Below are positions 54,662 through 62,885 of a DNA stretch of 64,000 bases, piece after piece. The position numbers and the translations under genes are program-made. The notes beneath the pieces were generated by a model that was not told the DNA's origin, searched no databases, and saw only the letters and a list, made by a program, of their open reading frames with translations. Numbering within the stretch: position 1 is the first letter of the stretch; each line of letters opens with the position of its first letter. The stretch is from the sequence record NC_048046.1; one strand, 5' to 3'.

Positions 54662-54832
54662 AGGCGGTGGGGGAACAAGCGATCCCACAACCTTAGGCGC
54701 TCTAACCGCTGAGCTACACGCCCATCATCAATTCAGGCCGGAGCCTGGACTGGTGGTGGACGCGGCTGGATTCGAACCAGCGACCTCCCGCTCCTAATGC
54801 GAAGTAAGTGACATCTACGCCACCCACCGCCT
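54662..54832 (-). ncRNA. Y-RNA-like unit 5 (permuted tRNA with an internal ACCA)
   Basis: aggcggtggg/cccaccgcct stem; T-arm gctgg-ttcgaat-ccagc, cgcgtcc-ACCA, linker hairpin, gggcgtg plus D-arm. Confidence 0.88.
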
Positions 54833-54842
54833 CGTGATCGGT

Positions 54843-55018
54843 GTCGAGTGCGTTTTGGAGGGCTCAGGGGAATGAACGAGAAGGCACTTTGGATGCCGGT
54901 TGTTCTACCGCTGAACTACACCCGAGTTGCCCCGGATGGTGGGATTCGAACCCACGACCCACTGGTTGGAGAAGAAATCCTCCTCTACGCCACCTGAGCC
55001 TTCCAAAACGCACTCGAC
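54843..55018 (-). ncRNA. Y-RNA-like unit 6 (permuted tRNA module)
   Basis: 26-bp terminal stem; T-arm gtggg-ttcgaat-cccac, acceptor catccgg/tcgggtg, D-arm tagttcagcggtagaac. Confidence 0.88.
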
Positions 55019-55047
55019 CTGCCTTTGACGACAGACCAACCCGATCA

Positions 55048-55144
55048 GCGGTGGGGGAACGAGCGCCCCCAGGGAGACTAGACCTTTCAGTCCGGTCGCT
55101 TGGTTATGGTAAGCGAAGTACCCGAGGACTACGCCACCCACCGC
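55048..55144 (-). ncRNA. Y-RNA-like unit 7 (no tRNA module)
   Basis: gcggtggg/cccaccgc stem; same UGGCGUAG-N8-UACUUCG and GUUCC core; two small apical hairpins. Confidence 0.8.
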
Positions 55145-55154
55145 AAATCTGGTC

Positions 55155-55233
55155 GTCCGGGAATTGTCGAGGTCGGAAATGGGCCGAAGCCCGCTCTATG
55201 CAAAAGAAGTAACCGATCTCTGTCGCCACGGAC
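55155..55233 (-). ncRNA. Y-RNA-like unit 8 (short, divergent)
   Basis: gtccg/cggac stem; UGGCGACAG-N8-UACUUC; AUUCC 3' strand; inner helix still pairs. Confidence 0.6.
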
Positions 55234-55239
55234 AGTGAC

Positions 55240-55278
55240 CTTGTCACATAGGGCGATTCCGATGTCAACAATGCTGGC
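55240..55278 (-). promoter_or_regulatory. Promoter of the Y-array/rsr unit
   Basis: Minus strand GCCAGcattgTTGACA...ctatgt directly upstream of unit 8. Confidence 0.6.
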
Positions 55279-55374
55279 AAACTTTTTTCGAGAAATGTGT
55301 GCCTGACTGTCAGACATGAAAAAGCCCCGCAACGTCCGGACGTCACGGGGCTTCCCCAGGTAGGTGATGGCGAC

Positions 55375-56106
55375 CTAGAGGTCGCTCACCTTCCCTACCA
55401 CCTTGCCGAGGAAGTGCAACTCCTCCGGATCGACCTCGTCGAATTTCTTGCGATCGGCCGAGTAGACGCGGTAGGGGCCGTTGCGATGCGGGCGCGTGAT
55501 CGACGCGACCGAGGCGATGCCGTTCTGGGCGTAGACGTACTCGGCGTGGGAGGAGCCGGGTTCGGAACCACGGCGCACGACCGCGACGTCGCCGGGCTTC
55601 AGGTTGGTGGAGAAGTCGTTGACTGTGTAGAGGGCTAGGGCTTGGGGCGAGACCTCGAATCTGGAGACGATCCAGTCTTCATCGAAGGTCCAGGGCTTGA
55701 GGGCGATCCAGACTTCGCCGTCGGCGATGTAGTCGACCTCTTCGATCATGCCGGGCATGTCGGTGGATTCTTCGCCGATCCCGAAGGCCAGCCACTGCGG
55801 GTCGCACTTGAGCACCGTGGCGAGCAGGACGATCTTGGACAGGTCGGGAACGACTTCGCCCGACTCGTACATGCAGTACGCCGAGCGGGAGAGCACTTTG
55901 TGCTCATGCTGCTTGTTGTTCCAGAAGATGATCTGGCGGGCGACGTCGAGTTGGCTCAGCCCAAGGGCGTCGCGCTTCTCCTTCAGTCGATCCTTCAGAC
56001 CCTCGATCATTTCCAGAGGCGTCGGGGAAGAGCCACCGCGCGCCTTCGATTGAGTGGGGCGCTCGGTGGTGTTGACCGACTCCCTCATCATCGTAACCTG
56101 TTGCAT
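55375..56106 (-). CDS. XRE/Cro-CI HTH transcriptional regulator with an S24-like C-terminal domain
   Basis: RDALGLSQLDVA...SRSAYCMYESGEVVP...DPQWLAFG. Confidence 0.8.
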   Translation of the reverse strand: MQQVTMMRESVNTTERPTQSKARGGSSPTPLEMIEGLKDRLKEKRDALGLSQLDVARQIIFWNNKQHEHKVLSRSAYCMYESGEVVPDLSKIVLLATVLKCDPQWLAFGIGEESTDMPGMIEEVDYIADGEVWIALKPWTFDEDWIVSRFEVSPQALALYTVNDFSTNLKPGDVAVVRRGSEPGSSHAEYVYAQNGIASVASITRPHRNGPYRVYSADRKKFDEVDPEELHFLGKVVGKVSDL

Positions 56107-56446
56107 GCCTTCATCCTTGTCGGAGCCCGTTGGGGGCGAATTGGTTATCCCCTGCCAGCACGGTTAACACGCCATGTCAGCAGTAGTTGCATGCCGAACG
56201 TAGTCTTCGTCTGGCAACAAATCAACTCCAGACGAGATATAGCGGCCATCATTTGTTAAGAACACATCCTATAGTACGTGCAGAAGCACAGGTTGCAGTA
56301 AAGAGCTTGGCAGTAGAAAACCCAAGCCAGGAAGGGAGTTGCCGTGAATCACGACAGCCGGACCGGCCTTTCGGCCAGCCCGGCTGTCATGGGGTAGTTT
56401 GTCCCAGGTGTGACGGCTAAGCCACACATAAATAGGTGAAAATAGT

Positions 56447-57094
56447 TTACGAAATTCCGGTCGACCCGAATCCGCCGGTGCCGCGCTCGGTCTGGTCAAG
56501 CTCCGCAACGACGTCGAAACGGATGCGGACATAGGGCGCGAAGACGGCCTGGGCAATCCGATCGCCACGATTGATGACGAACGGCAGCTTGCCGTGGTTG
56601 ATCAGGATCACCTTGATCTCGCCGCGATAGTCGCTGTCGACGGTGCCGGGCGAATTCAGGACGGTGATCGACGACTTGGCAGCGAGGCCCGAGCGCGGTC
56701 GAACTTGCAGTTCCAGCCCGGTCGGCAGAGCGACCGTGACGCCGGTCGGGATGATACCGACGTCGCCCGGCGCGATCGTGAAGGGTTCATCCTCTGGGAT
56801 CGCGGCGCGCAAGTCTAGGCCGGCGGACCCACGGGTCTCGTAGGCCGGCAGTGGTAGGCCCTGGGCGTGTTCCAGAGCCACGAATGCGACGGGAACGCTG
56901 TTGTGCTGATCCTGAACGTAGGCCAGGGCCGCCTCCCAGGTCAGCACCGTGTTGTCGTCCAGGTAGACGGCCTCTTGGTCGTCAGTCGAGACGTTCGTGC
57001 GCCGGCCGAGCGCCTCGAACAGCTTGGCGAGTTCGTAGGCGCGTTCAGCCCGATTGGCGCGGGTATAGGTGATGATGACGGTCGGGGTCGCCAT
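56447..57094 (-). CDS. dut: Trimeric dUTPase with an N-terminal extension
   Basis: AGLDL, RSGLA, GTVDSDYRGE, RIAQ, RGTGGFGSTG. Confidence 0.95.
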   Translation of the reverse strand: MATPTVIITYTRANRAERAYELAKLFEALGRRTNVSTDDQEAVYLDDNTVLTWEAALAYVQDQHNSVPVAFVALEHAQGLPLPAYETRGSAGLDLRAAIPEDEPFTIAPGDVGIIPTGVTVALPTGLELQVRPRSGLAAKSSITVLNSPGTVDSDYRGEIKVILINHGKLPFVINRGDRIAQAVFAPYVRIRFDVVAELDQTERGTGGFGSTGIS

Positions 57095-57097
57095 GGG

Positions 57098-58504
57098 TTA
57101 TTCCTTCAGGTAGGTGCGGAGATCGGAGGCGCCGCCGATGAATTCGACTTCTTCGTCGCCATTGAGGGTGAAGATCATGGGCGAGGACTGCCAGCCGGTG
57201 GCGCCCCACTTCGAATTGACTTCGGCGAACTTGGCTTGACGCTGTTCCGCTTCCGGCAATTCGATGGCTTCGAAGACTAGGCCCTTGGCCTTCAGCAAGG
57301 CCTTGGCGTCGTCGCAGTGCTGGCAGCCGGGCTTGGTGTAGACCCGGAACTCCGGCTCGATCTGCATGTCGATCGTGATCGAGCCCCCGTGGGACAGCGG
57401 CAGGACGAGTTCGATCGGATGCACGACCCCTTCCGGAACTGCGCAGAAGCCGTCTTCTTCGCAGCCGTCGGTCGCTTCGGCCGCGAGCAGCTTGGCGATC
57501 TTGCCGGCGCCGCCTTCGATCAGCAGAGGACCGCGCTTCAGGAAGTCGAAGGCGTTCGGCCAGCCGGGCGTCTCGCCCTTGCCGTACTCCGTCGAGCGCT
57601 GCTCAAAGAAGTTGGTGTGGGTCGGCGCGTTCATGATCCAGTCGAGCCAGTCGAACGGATTTTCCTTCACACCGTAGTTCGGCTTCAGGCCGAGTTGCAG
57701 CAGGCGGCGGTCCGCGATGTAGCGGATGTATTCCTTGGCCTCGGCGGCGGTGAAGCCTTCGACCTCGCCCAGGTTGGTGCATTGGTCGATGAAGGCGTCT
57801 TCCAGGGTGACCATGGCGCGACAGGCGTCGTAGACACGCTTCTTGGTCTCGTCGTTCCAGGCGCGCGGATGCTCCTTGATCAACTCGTGCAGGAGCTTGA
57901 TCATCGATTCGACGTGCAGCGATTCGTCACGGATCGACCACTCGACGATCGTGGTCATGCCCTTCATCAGGCCACGACGCTGGAAGCTCATCAGCAGCGC
58001 GAAGCTAGAGAAGAGTTGCATGCCTTCACCGAAGGCGCTGAAGACGGCGATGTCCACCATCAGGTCGGCGATGCCCTTGCCGGACTCGCGCTCGAACATG
58101 TACTCATGCTTCTTGCGCATCGCCTCGTATTCCTGGAAGGCCTTGTATTCGACCTCCGGCAGGCCCAGGGTCTCGATCAGCGTCGAGTAGGCGTCGATGT
58201 GATTGGCCTCGGCCGCGATGAACGCGCCGATCATCATGCGCAGTTCAGGCAGCTTGAAGCGCGGGGCGTACTTGTCGAAGTAGCCGGAGGCGATGTCGAT
58301 GTCGGCCTGGGTGAAGAATCGGAAGAGTTGGGTCAGCAGACCCTTCTCCTTCGGATTGAGCTTCATGTTCCAGTCGAGAATGTCCTTGTCCATGGGTGCC
58401 TCGTGGGGCTCCCAGGCAATGTCACGCATCAACTTGTAGGCCTTGTAAGCCCAGGGGTATTGGAAGGGCTTGTAGTAATCGCGGGTCGAGAAAAGGTCGG
58501 ACAT
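57098..58504 (-). CDS. nrdB: Class I ribonucleotide reductase beta subunit fused to a C-terminal glutaredoxin
   Basis: EANH, EGMQLFSSF, RDESLH iron ligands; C-terminal YTKPGCQHC...SPMIF. Confidence 0.92.
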   Translation of the reverse strand: MSDLFSTRDYYKPFQYPWAYKAYKLMRDIAWEPHEAPMDKDILDWNMKLNPKEKGLLTQLFRFFTQADIDIASGYFDKYAPRFKLPELRMMIGAFIAAEANHIDAYSTLIETLGLPEVEYKAFQEYEAMRKKHEYMFERESGKGIADLMVDIAVFSAFGEGMQLFSSFALLMSFQRRGLMKGMTTIVEWSIRDESLHVESMIKLLHELIKEHPRAWNDETKKRVYDACRAMVTLEDAFIDQCTNLGEVEGFTAAEAKEYIRYIADRRLLQLGLKPNYGVKENPFDWLDWIMNAPTHTNFFEQRSTEYGKGETPGWPNAFDFLKRGPLLIEGGAGKIAKLLAAEATDGCEEDGFCAVPEGVVHPIELVLPLSHGGSITIDMQIEPEFRVYTKPGCQHCDDAKALLKAKGLVFEAIELPEAEQRQAKFAEVNSKWGATGWQSSPMIFTLNGDEEVEFIGGASDLRTYLKE

Positions 58505-58554
58505 AAGCGGCGCTCGAAAATGGAGAGAAGGGCAAGTGGGGGAGGGCCGGAGCC

Positions 58555-61368
58555 CTACCCCTCGCAGGCGATGCAGGTGGAGTCGTCGAGCGGATTGGCC
58601 GACAGACCGTTGGAAGGCGGCGCTTCCACCTCGACCGACGCGGTCTTCGCCCGCTCGATCTTCTCGTTGGTGTTCTCTGCGCGCTTGGGCGTCGTCGAAC
58701 GGTAGTAGTAGAGGCTCTTGATCGGCGCGCCTTCGGCGTCCGGGTCCCAGGCCAGATAGTGGACTTCCGACATGTAGCCGGCGTCCGCATCGTGCGGGAA
58801 CGCGGTGTTCACCGACTGAGCTTGGTCGATGTCTTCCTGGCGGTCGCGCGCCAACTGGACAACCCAGCGCATGTCCAGTTCGGTGAAGGTCTTGAAGACC
58901 TCCATCAGGTTTTCCCAGACCTCGGCATCGATCTCGATACCTTCCACGCCCAGGTCGTCGAAGACGTAGTAGGGAGCCTTGCCGAGTTCCTTGACCAGGG
59001 TACCCAGGCCCTGCACCGAGCCTTCGTTGGCGATGATCGCCTTCCAGACGCCTTGCGTGTCCAGGCCGAGCTTGGCCAGTTCGCGGACCAGCCACGGGTT
59101 CTTCACAGGGAAGGAGCCCGACAGCGTCTTGTGCAGGTAGGCGTTCGCGCGCCACGGTTCGATCGACGGCGACGTGTTGCCGCAGAGGATCGACGACGAC
59201 GCGTTCGGCGCGATCGCCATCTTGTGGGCGAAGCGCTCGCCCGTGCCGGCCATGTCCGGAGCTTCACCGCGCTCAGCGCCCAGCTTCAACGAAGCGGCAT
59301 CCGCCAGGGAGCGGATGTGCTTGAAGATCGCACGGTTCACCTTGCGAGCCTTGTGCGACTCGAAACGGATCATGTGCTTCTGGAGATAGGCGTGGAAGCC
59401 CAGCAGGCCCAGGCCAACCGAACGCTCTTGCGTAGCCGAGTAGATCGCGTAGGCCAGCGCCTCAGGCGCCTGCTCGATGAACACCTGGAGGCAGTTGTCC
59501 AGCATGCGCATCAGGTCTTCGATGAAGTGCGGATCGTCGACCCATTCATCGTACTTCTCGGCGTTGACGCTCGACAGGCAGCAGACAGCGGTGCGCTTCT
59601 TGCCCTGGTCGTCGCGGCCGGTTGCCAGCGTGATCTCGGTGCAGTTGCCGGTCAGGGTGCCGTTGAAAACGGCGCGATGGCGCAGCGGCTCGGTGACGCA
59701 GTACGTGTCGGTCTTGAACGGGATCGGCACGACGTCGGCTACGACCGGGTGGGTCTTCTTGGTCGTGGCGCGGCCCGTATGCTTCAGAAGCATACCGCCC
59801 TGGTTCAGCCACCACACGTCACCTTCGTCCAGCATGAAGGCGTTGCCGGCGTCGGTGATGCGGATGCGCGGCGTCAAGAAGGCTTCGAGAGCATCCAGGC
59901 GCATCTGGTTGACCATCGCTGCGTCGTTCAGGGTCACGGTGAGGTACTTGCCCTCGGCGCCCAGGTCGACCCAGCTACCGCCGGCGTCCATGATGCCCGC
60001 GAACCAAGCCAGACGTGCGGTCTCCGTCCACCCCGTCGGCGCGCGGCCCGAGGGGATCGACTTCGGCTCGTAGCGGATCGTGAATCCGCCCGCGAGCGCA
60101 TCAGCCGAGGCGTTGACCGAATGTTGCATCAGGCGCTTCGTCACGGCGTCACCGGGAATGTCCGGCGAGAACACCGTCAGGCGATTGGCATCTTCGAAGC
60201 CTGCGAACGTAGCGTAGCCCGCCGTGTAGGCGACATCGACGCTATAGTCGTGGCCGCCTTCGATAATCGGATGAGCCGCCGGCTCCAGGATCGTGCCGAC
60301 CTTCAGAGCGCCGGCGCGGATTTCCGTGCCGTCCTTGGCGTAGAACTTGTGGTAGGGCGTGACGTCCAGGTGGCTGCCGTCTTCGAACCAGACACGGACC
60401 AGTTCTTGAGCCTTGCCGGTTTCCTCGACCGTGACCTTCGACCACGCGTCGCCGTTCCAGACCTCGACTTCCTGACCAACCAGGGCGCCGATCGGCTTGT
60501 GGCCCAGCTTGGTCAGCAGTTCGGTGTACGGTGCGACGCACAGGTTCGACTGGTTGACGCGCAGGCCCTTCTTCTTCTGAGGCTCCGGCAGGGCGCGGTT
60601 CGCCACGTCCACGAAGAACATGTACGGCTCGCCGGTCTGCTTGCGCGTCTCCATGATCTGCTTCCACATCTCGCGGGCAGAATGGGTCGCGACGACCTGC
60701 TTGGACTTCGGATCGACGAGATCGAACGGCGCATCGTCGCGCACCGCTTCCATGAACTTGTCGGTGATGCAGAGGGCGTTGTGCAAGTTGATGAACTTGC
60801 GGTTCGCGTCACCACCGGTCGGCTTGCGCCCGGTGATGAATTCCATCACTTCGGGGTGGTCGATATCCATGTAAGCGGCGTACGAGCCACGGCGGGTGCC
60901 GCCCTGGCTGACCGACAGAATGATGCGATCGACGGCCGCGATGAACGGAATGACGCCGGTGGACGACGAGCCTTGCGAGGTCTTCGTGCCGTTGGAGCGC
61001 AGCGGCCAATAGCCGCCGACGCCGCCGCCGACGCTGGACAGCCAGCCGGTTTCGGTCCAGTGATCGAAGATGCCTTCACGGCTGTCTTCGGCGGTCGAGA
61101 GGAAGCAGGAGATAGGCAGGCCGCGCGACGTGCCGCCGTTGCTGAGCAACGGAGTGGCAAACATGAACCAGCCCTTCGACACAGCGTCGTACAGACGCTG
61201 GGCATGCTCAGCGTCGTCTGCGAACGCGGCCGAAGCGCGAGCGAAGGCATGCTGCGGCGAGGTTTCGCCGTCGATCAGGTAGCGATCTCGAAAGGTCTGG
61301 AGCGTGAATTCGTCGAACAGGCTGTCGCGGGAGAGGTCGAAGGTAACGAGGTGCGGGTCGACGGCCAT
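58555..61368 (-). CDS. nrdA: Class I ribonucleotide reductase alpha subunit, intein-containing
   Basis: TPLLSNGG, ISCFL, SNL[intein]CTE, AIAPNASSS, IDQAQS, C-terminal CIACEG. Confidence 0.95.
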   Translation of the reverse strand: MAVDPHLVTFDLSRDSLFDEFTLQTFRDRYLIDGETSPQHAFARASAAFADDAEHAQRLYDAVSKGWFMFATPLLSNGGTSRGLPISCFLSTAEDSREGIFDHWTETGWLSSVGGGVGGYWPLRSNGTKTSQGSSSTGVIPFIAAVDRIILSVSQGGTRRGSYAAYMDIDHPEVMEFITGRKPTGGDANRKFINLHNALCITDKFMEAVRDDAPFDLVDPKSKQVVATHSAREMWKQIMETRKQTGEPYMFFVDVANRALPEPQKKKGLRVNQSNLCVAPYTELLTKLGHKPIGALVGQEVEVWNGDAWSKVTVEETGKAQELVRVWFEDGSHLDVTPYHKFYAKDGTEIRAGALKVGTILEPAAHPIIEGGHDYSVDVAYTAGYATFAGFEDANRLTVFSPDIPGDAVTKRLMQHSVNASADALAGGFTIRYEPKSIPSGRAPTGWTETARLAWFAGIMDAGGSWVDLGAEGKYLTVTLNDAAMVNQMRLDALEAFLTPRIRITDAGNAFMLDEGDVWWLNQGGMLLKHTGRATTKKTHPVVADVVPIPFKTDTYCVTEPLRHRAVFNGTLTGNCTEITLATGRDDQGKKRTAVCCLSSVNAEKYDEWVDDPHFIEDLMRMLDNCLQVFIEQAPEALAYAIYSATQERSVGLGLLGFHAYLQKHMIRFESHKARKVNRAIFKHIRSLADAASLKLGAERGEAPDMAGTGERFAHKMAIAPNASSSILCGNTSPSIEPWRANAYLHKTLSGSFPVKNPWLVRELAKLGLDTQGVWKAIIANEGSVQGLGTLVKELGKAPYYVFDDLGVEGIEIDAEVWENLMEVFKTFTELDMRWVVQLARDRQEDIDQAQSVNTAFPHDADAGYMSEVHYLAWDPDAEGAPIKSLYYYRSTTPKRAENTNEKIERAKTASVEVEAPPSNGLSANPLDDSTCIACEG
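59644..60540 (-). mobile_element. Intein (299 aa) in the NrdA active-site loop with a degenerate LAGLIDADG region
   Basis: N-terminal CVAPYT; C-terminal YCVTEP..H..VFNGTLTGN followed by Cys+1. Confidence 0.92.
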
Positions 61369-61553
61369 GTACGGTTCCGAAGAAAAAGGCCCTGCACAGC
61401 AAAAGTGCTGTGAAAACAGGGCCTTACGTTTGTGACGAAAGGCGTTAACGATACTTCTCCAGGGCTCTAAAGTCAAGATTCCTGGCAGTTCAGAAAGGTA
61501 AATTGATTCCTTGACTGGCTAAGTCTCAGAAGCCCTTTGGGAAACGTGACTCC

Positions 61554-61778
61554 TTAGGAGTCCTTGAACTTCAAACCGGCCGCCTTGAGCACCTTTTCGG
61601 TGTTCGCCGGCTTGCCGTCGAGCAGGAAACCCTGCTTGGTGATCTTCAGGCGCTGGCCCAGGATGATCTCGGCGGTGTCGATCAGCGGGGGCGGGTCGTC
61701 GAACGGAACCGTGGGGAAGTTGTCTTCGCGCGGAAGGCGAAACTGGAGCTTCGGATTGGGGGTCTTGTCTTCGGACAT
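61554..61778 (-). CDS. Hypothetical protein
   Basis: In the co-directional gene run; 74 aa. Confidence 0.65.
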   Translation of the reverse strand: MSEDKTPNPKLQFRLPREDNFPTVPFDDPPPLIDTAEIILGQRLKITKQGFLLDGKPANTEKVLKAAGLKFKDS

Positions 61779-61796
61779 ACGCGTACGCTCTACTGA

Positions 61797-62159
61797 CTAG
61801 GTGCCGGACGCGCGGTCGTGATAGCCCGTCTCGATCGCCTCGGGAGCGATGATCTTGACCTTCTGGATGCGGTGCGGAGGGTAATGGACCAGGATGTTCG
61901 GCTGATTTTCCTGGACCGAGCGGTAGCCCGTAGCGATGATCGCCGAGACGTGCTCGCGGGCTGAGGACATGGAGTCTACGTCGTAGTTAAACGTGACTCC
62001 ATCATCCAGGTAGATCACGATCCGATAGCTCGCCGGCGCCGGTTGGATGAAGGGCTGGCCAGCCGCGTCCCGCATTTCCCGCGCCAGAAGGGGCGGGAAA
62101 CCGGTCGAGTTGAAGTCGCTCTCGAAGATGGGGCCGCCGTCGAGATACTCGGTCGACAT
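61797..62159 (-). CDS. Hypothetical protein
   Basis: ATG at 62159; YRIVIYLDDG...SAREH motif. Confidence 0.7.
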   Translation of the reverse strand: MSTEYLDGGPIFESDFNSTGFPPLLAREMRDAAGQPFIQPAPASYRIVIYLDDGVTFNYDVDSMSSAREHVSAIIATGYRSVQENQPNILVHYPPHRIQKVKIIAPEAIETGYHDRASGT

Positions 62160-62163
62160 GACC

Positions 62164-62586
62164 TTAAGCCTCCGGCGTGGGCTCTTGTGGCAGATCGACG
62201 TCGCCGATGCTGCCGTCCAGCGCCTTGTCGGCGGTGGCGAAAGCGTCTTCAACCGAGGCGCCTTCAGCGAGTTGCTTGTGGACGTTGCCGAGCGTCTGGG
62301 CGACGAGGCCGACGGCGTCCTGGAGCGCTTGCGGGCGCTGGCGAATGATGGTCGAGATGGCGAGCGCCATGATGTCGACGATCGACACCGGATGCGACGT
62401 GTTCGGGTAGAGTTCTTCCATCCGGGCGCCGTGAAGGCCCAGGCCGACCGTAAAGCCGCCGGTGCCGGGGATTTCGGTCAGGGTGATGACGGACTTGGCG
62501 GCGTCGCCCGGCTTGTAGGAGAGCTTGGAGGCCAGCGCCTTCTCGGCGGCGCGGCGTTGAACTCGGGACTTGGAGGCGGAGGTCAT
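62164..62586 (-). CDS. Hypothetical protein
   Basis: AAGGA RBS; 140 aa. Confidence 0.7.
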   Translation of the reverse strand: MTSASKSRVQRRAAEKALASKLSYKPGDAAKSVITLTEIPGTGGFTVGLGLHGARMEELYPNTSHPVSIVDIMALAISTIIRQRPQALQDAVGLVAQTLGNVHKQLAEGASVEDAFATADKALDGSIGDVDLPQEPTPEA

Positions 62587-62594
62587 GAGGGTCC

Positions 62595-62885
62595 TTAAGC
62601 GGTGGTGAACTTGGCGATGCGATTGCAGGCATCGACTTCGTTGATGGGGCCGGCGTCCAGGAGTTCGTTCATGCGCTGCTCGATCGTCCCGTCGTGATCC
62701 AGCGACAGGATCGCCAGCCCGTAGAGAAGAGAAAGCGAGGCCGCGCGCCGAATGTTGGGCTTGGACGGGGTGGTGGTGATGATCTGGACGTCGCCCTCGG
62801 GCTCGTCGTACGCAGTCAGACTGAAACGGGCTTCAGCTTCCTCGTGGGCGGCCTGGATCACATCGAGAGCAGCGGCTTGGGACAT
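62595..62885 (-). CDS. Hypothetical protein
   Basis: 96 aa, co-directional. Confidence 0.65.
   Translation of the reverse strand: MSQAAALDVIQAAHEEAEARFSLTAYDEPEGDVQIITTTPSKPNIRRAASLSLLYGLAILSLDHDGTIEQRMNELLDAGPINEVDACNRIAKFTTA

Noticed and set aside
54060-54970. Ordinary minus-strand tRNA genes in the array
   Set aside because: The T-arm precedes the D-arm and the acceptor is closed by a linker (unit 4 lacks a D-arm), so none folds as a normal cloverleaf with free ends.
54039-55233. CRISPR array interpretation of the recurring ctacgccacc / ggggaac motifs
   Set aside because: The repeats are bipartite and flank structured, tRNA-like interiors with unit-specific terminal stems. There are no constant-length identical repeats and no cas genes; the neighbour is Ro60.
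56099-56196. gttgcatgcc direct repeat upstream of the HTH gene as an operator
   Set aside because: Only two 10-mers, one overlapping the start codon; too weak to call.
57098-59155. ORF-track 685-aa start for nrdB and the 61476 start for nrdA
   Set aside because: The nrdB extension overlaps nrdA out of frame and reads as low-complexity; the nrdA extension runs through its promoter region. Starts at 58504 and 61368 fit better.
52650-61413. Long plus-strand ORFs opposite rsr, nrdB and nrdA (52650..54197, 57317..58705, 58759..61413)
   Set aside because: Antisense shadows of well-supported minus-strand genes.
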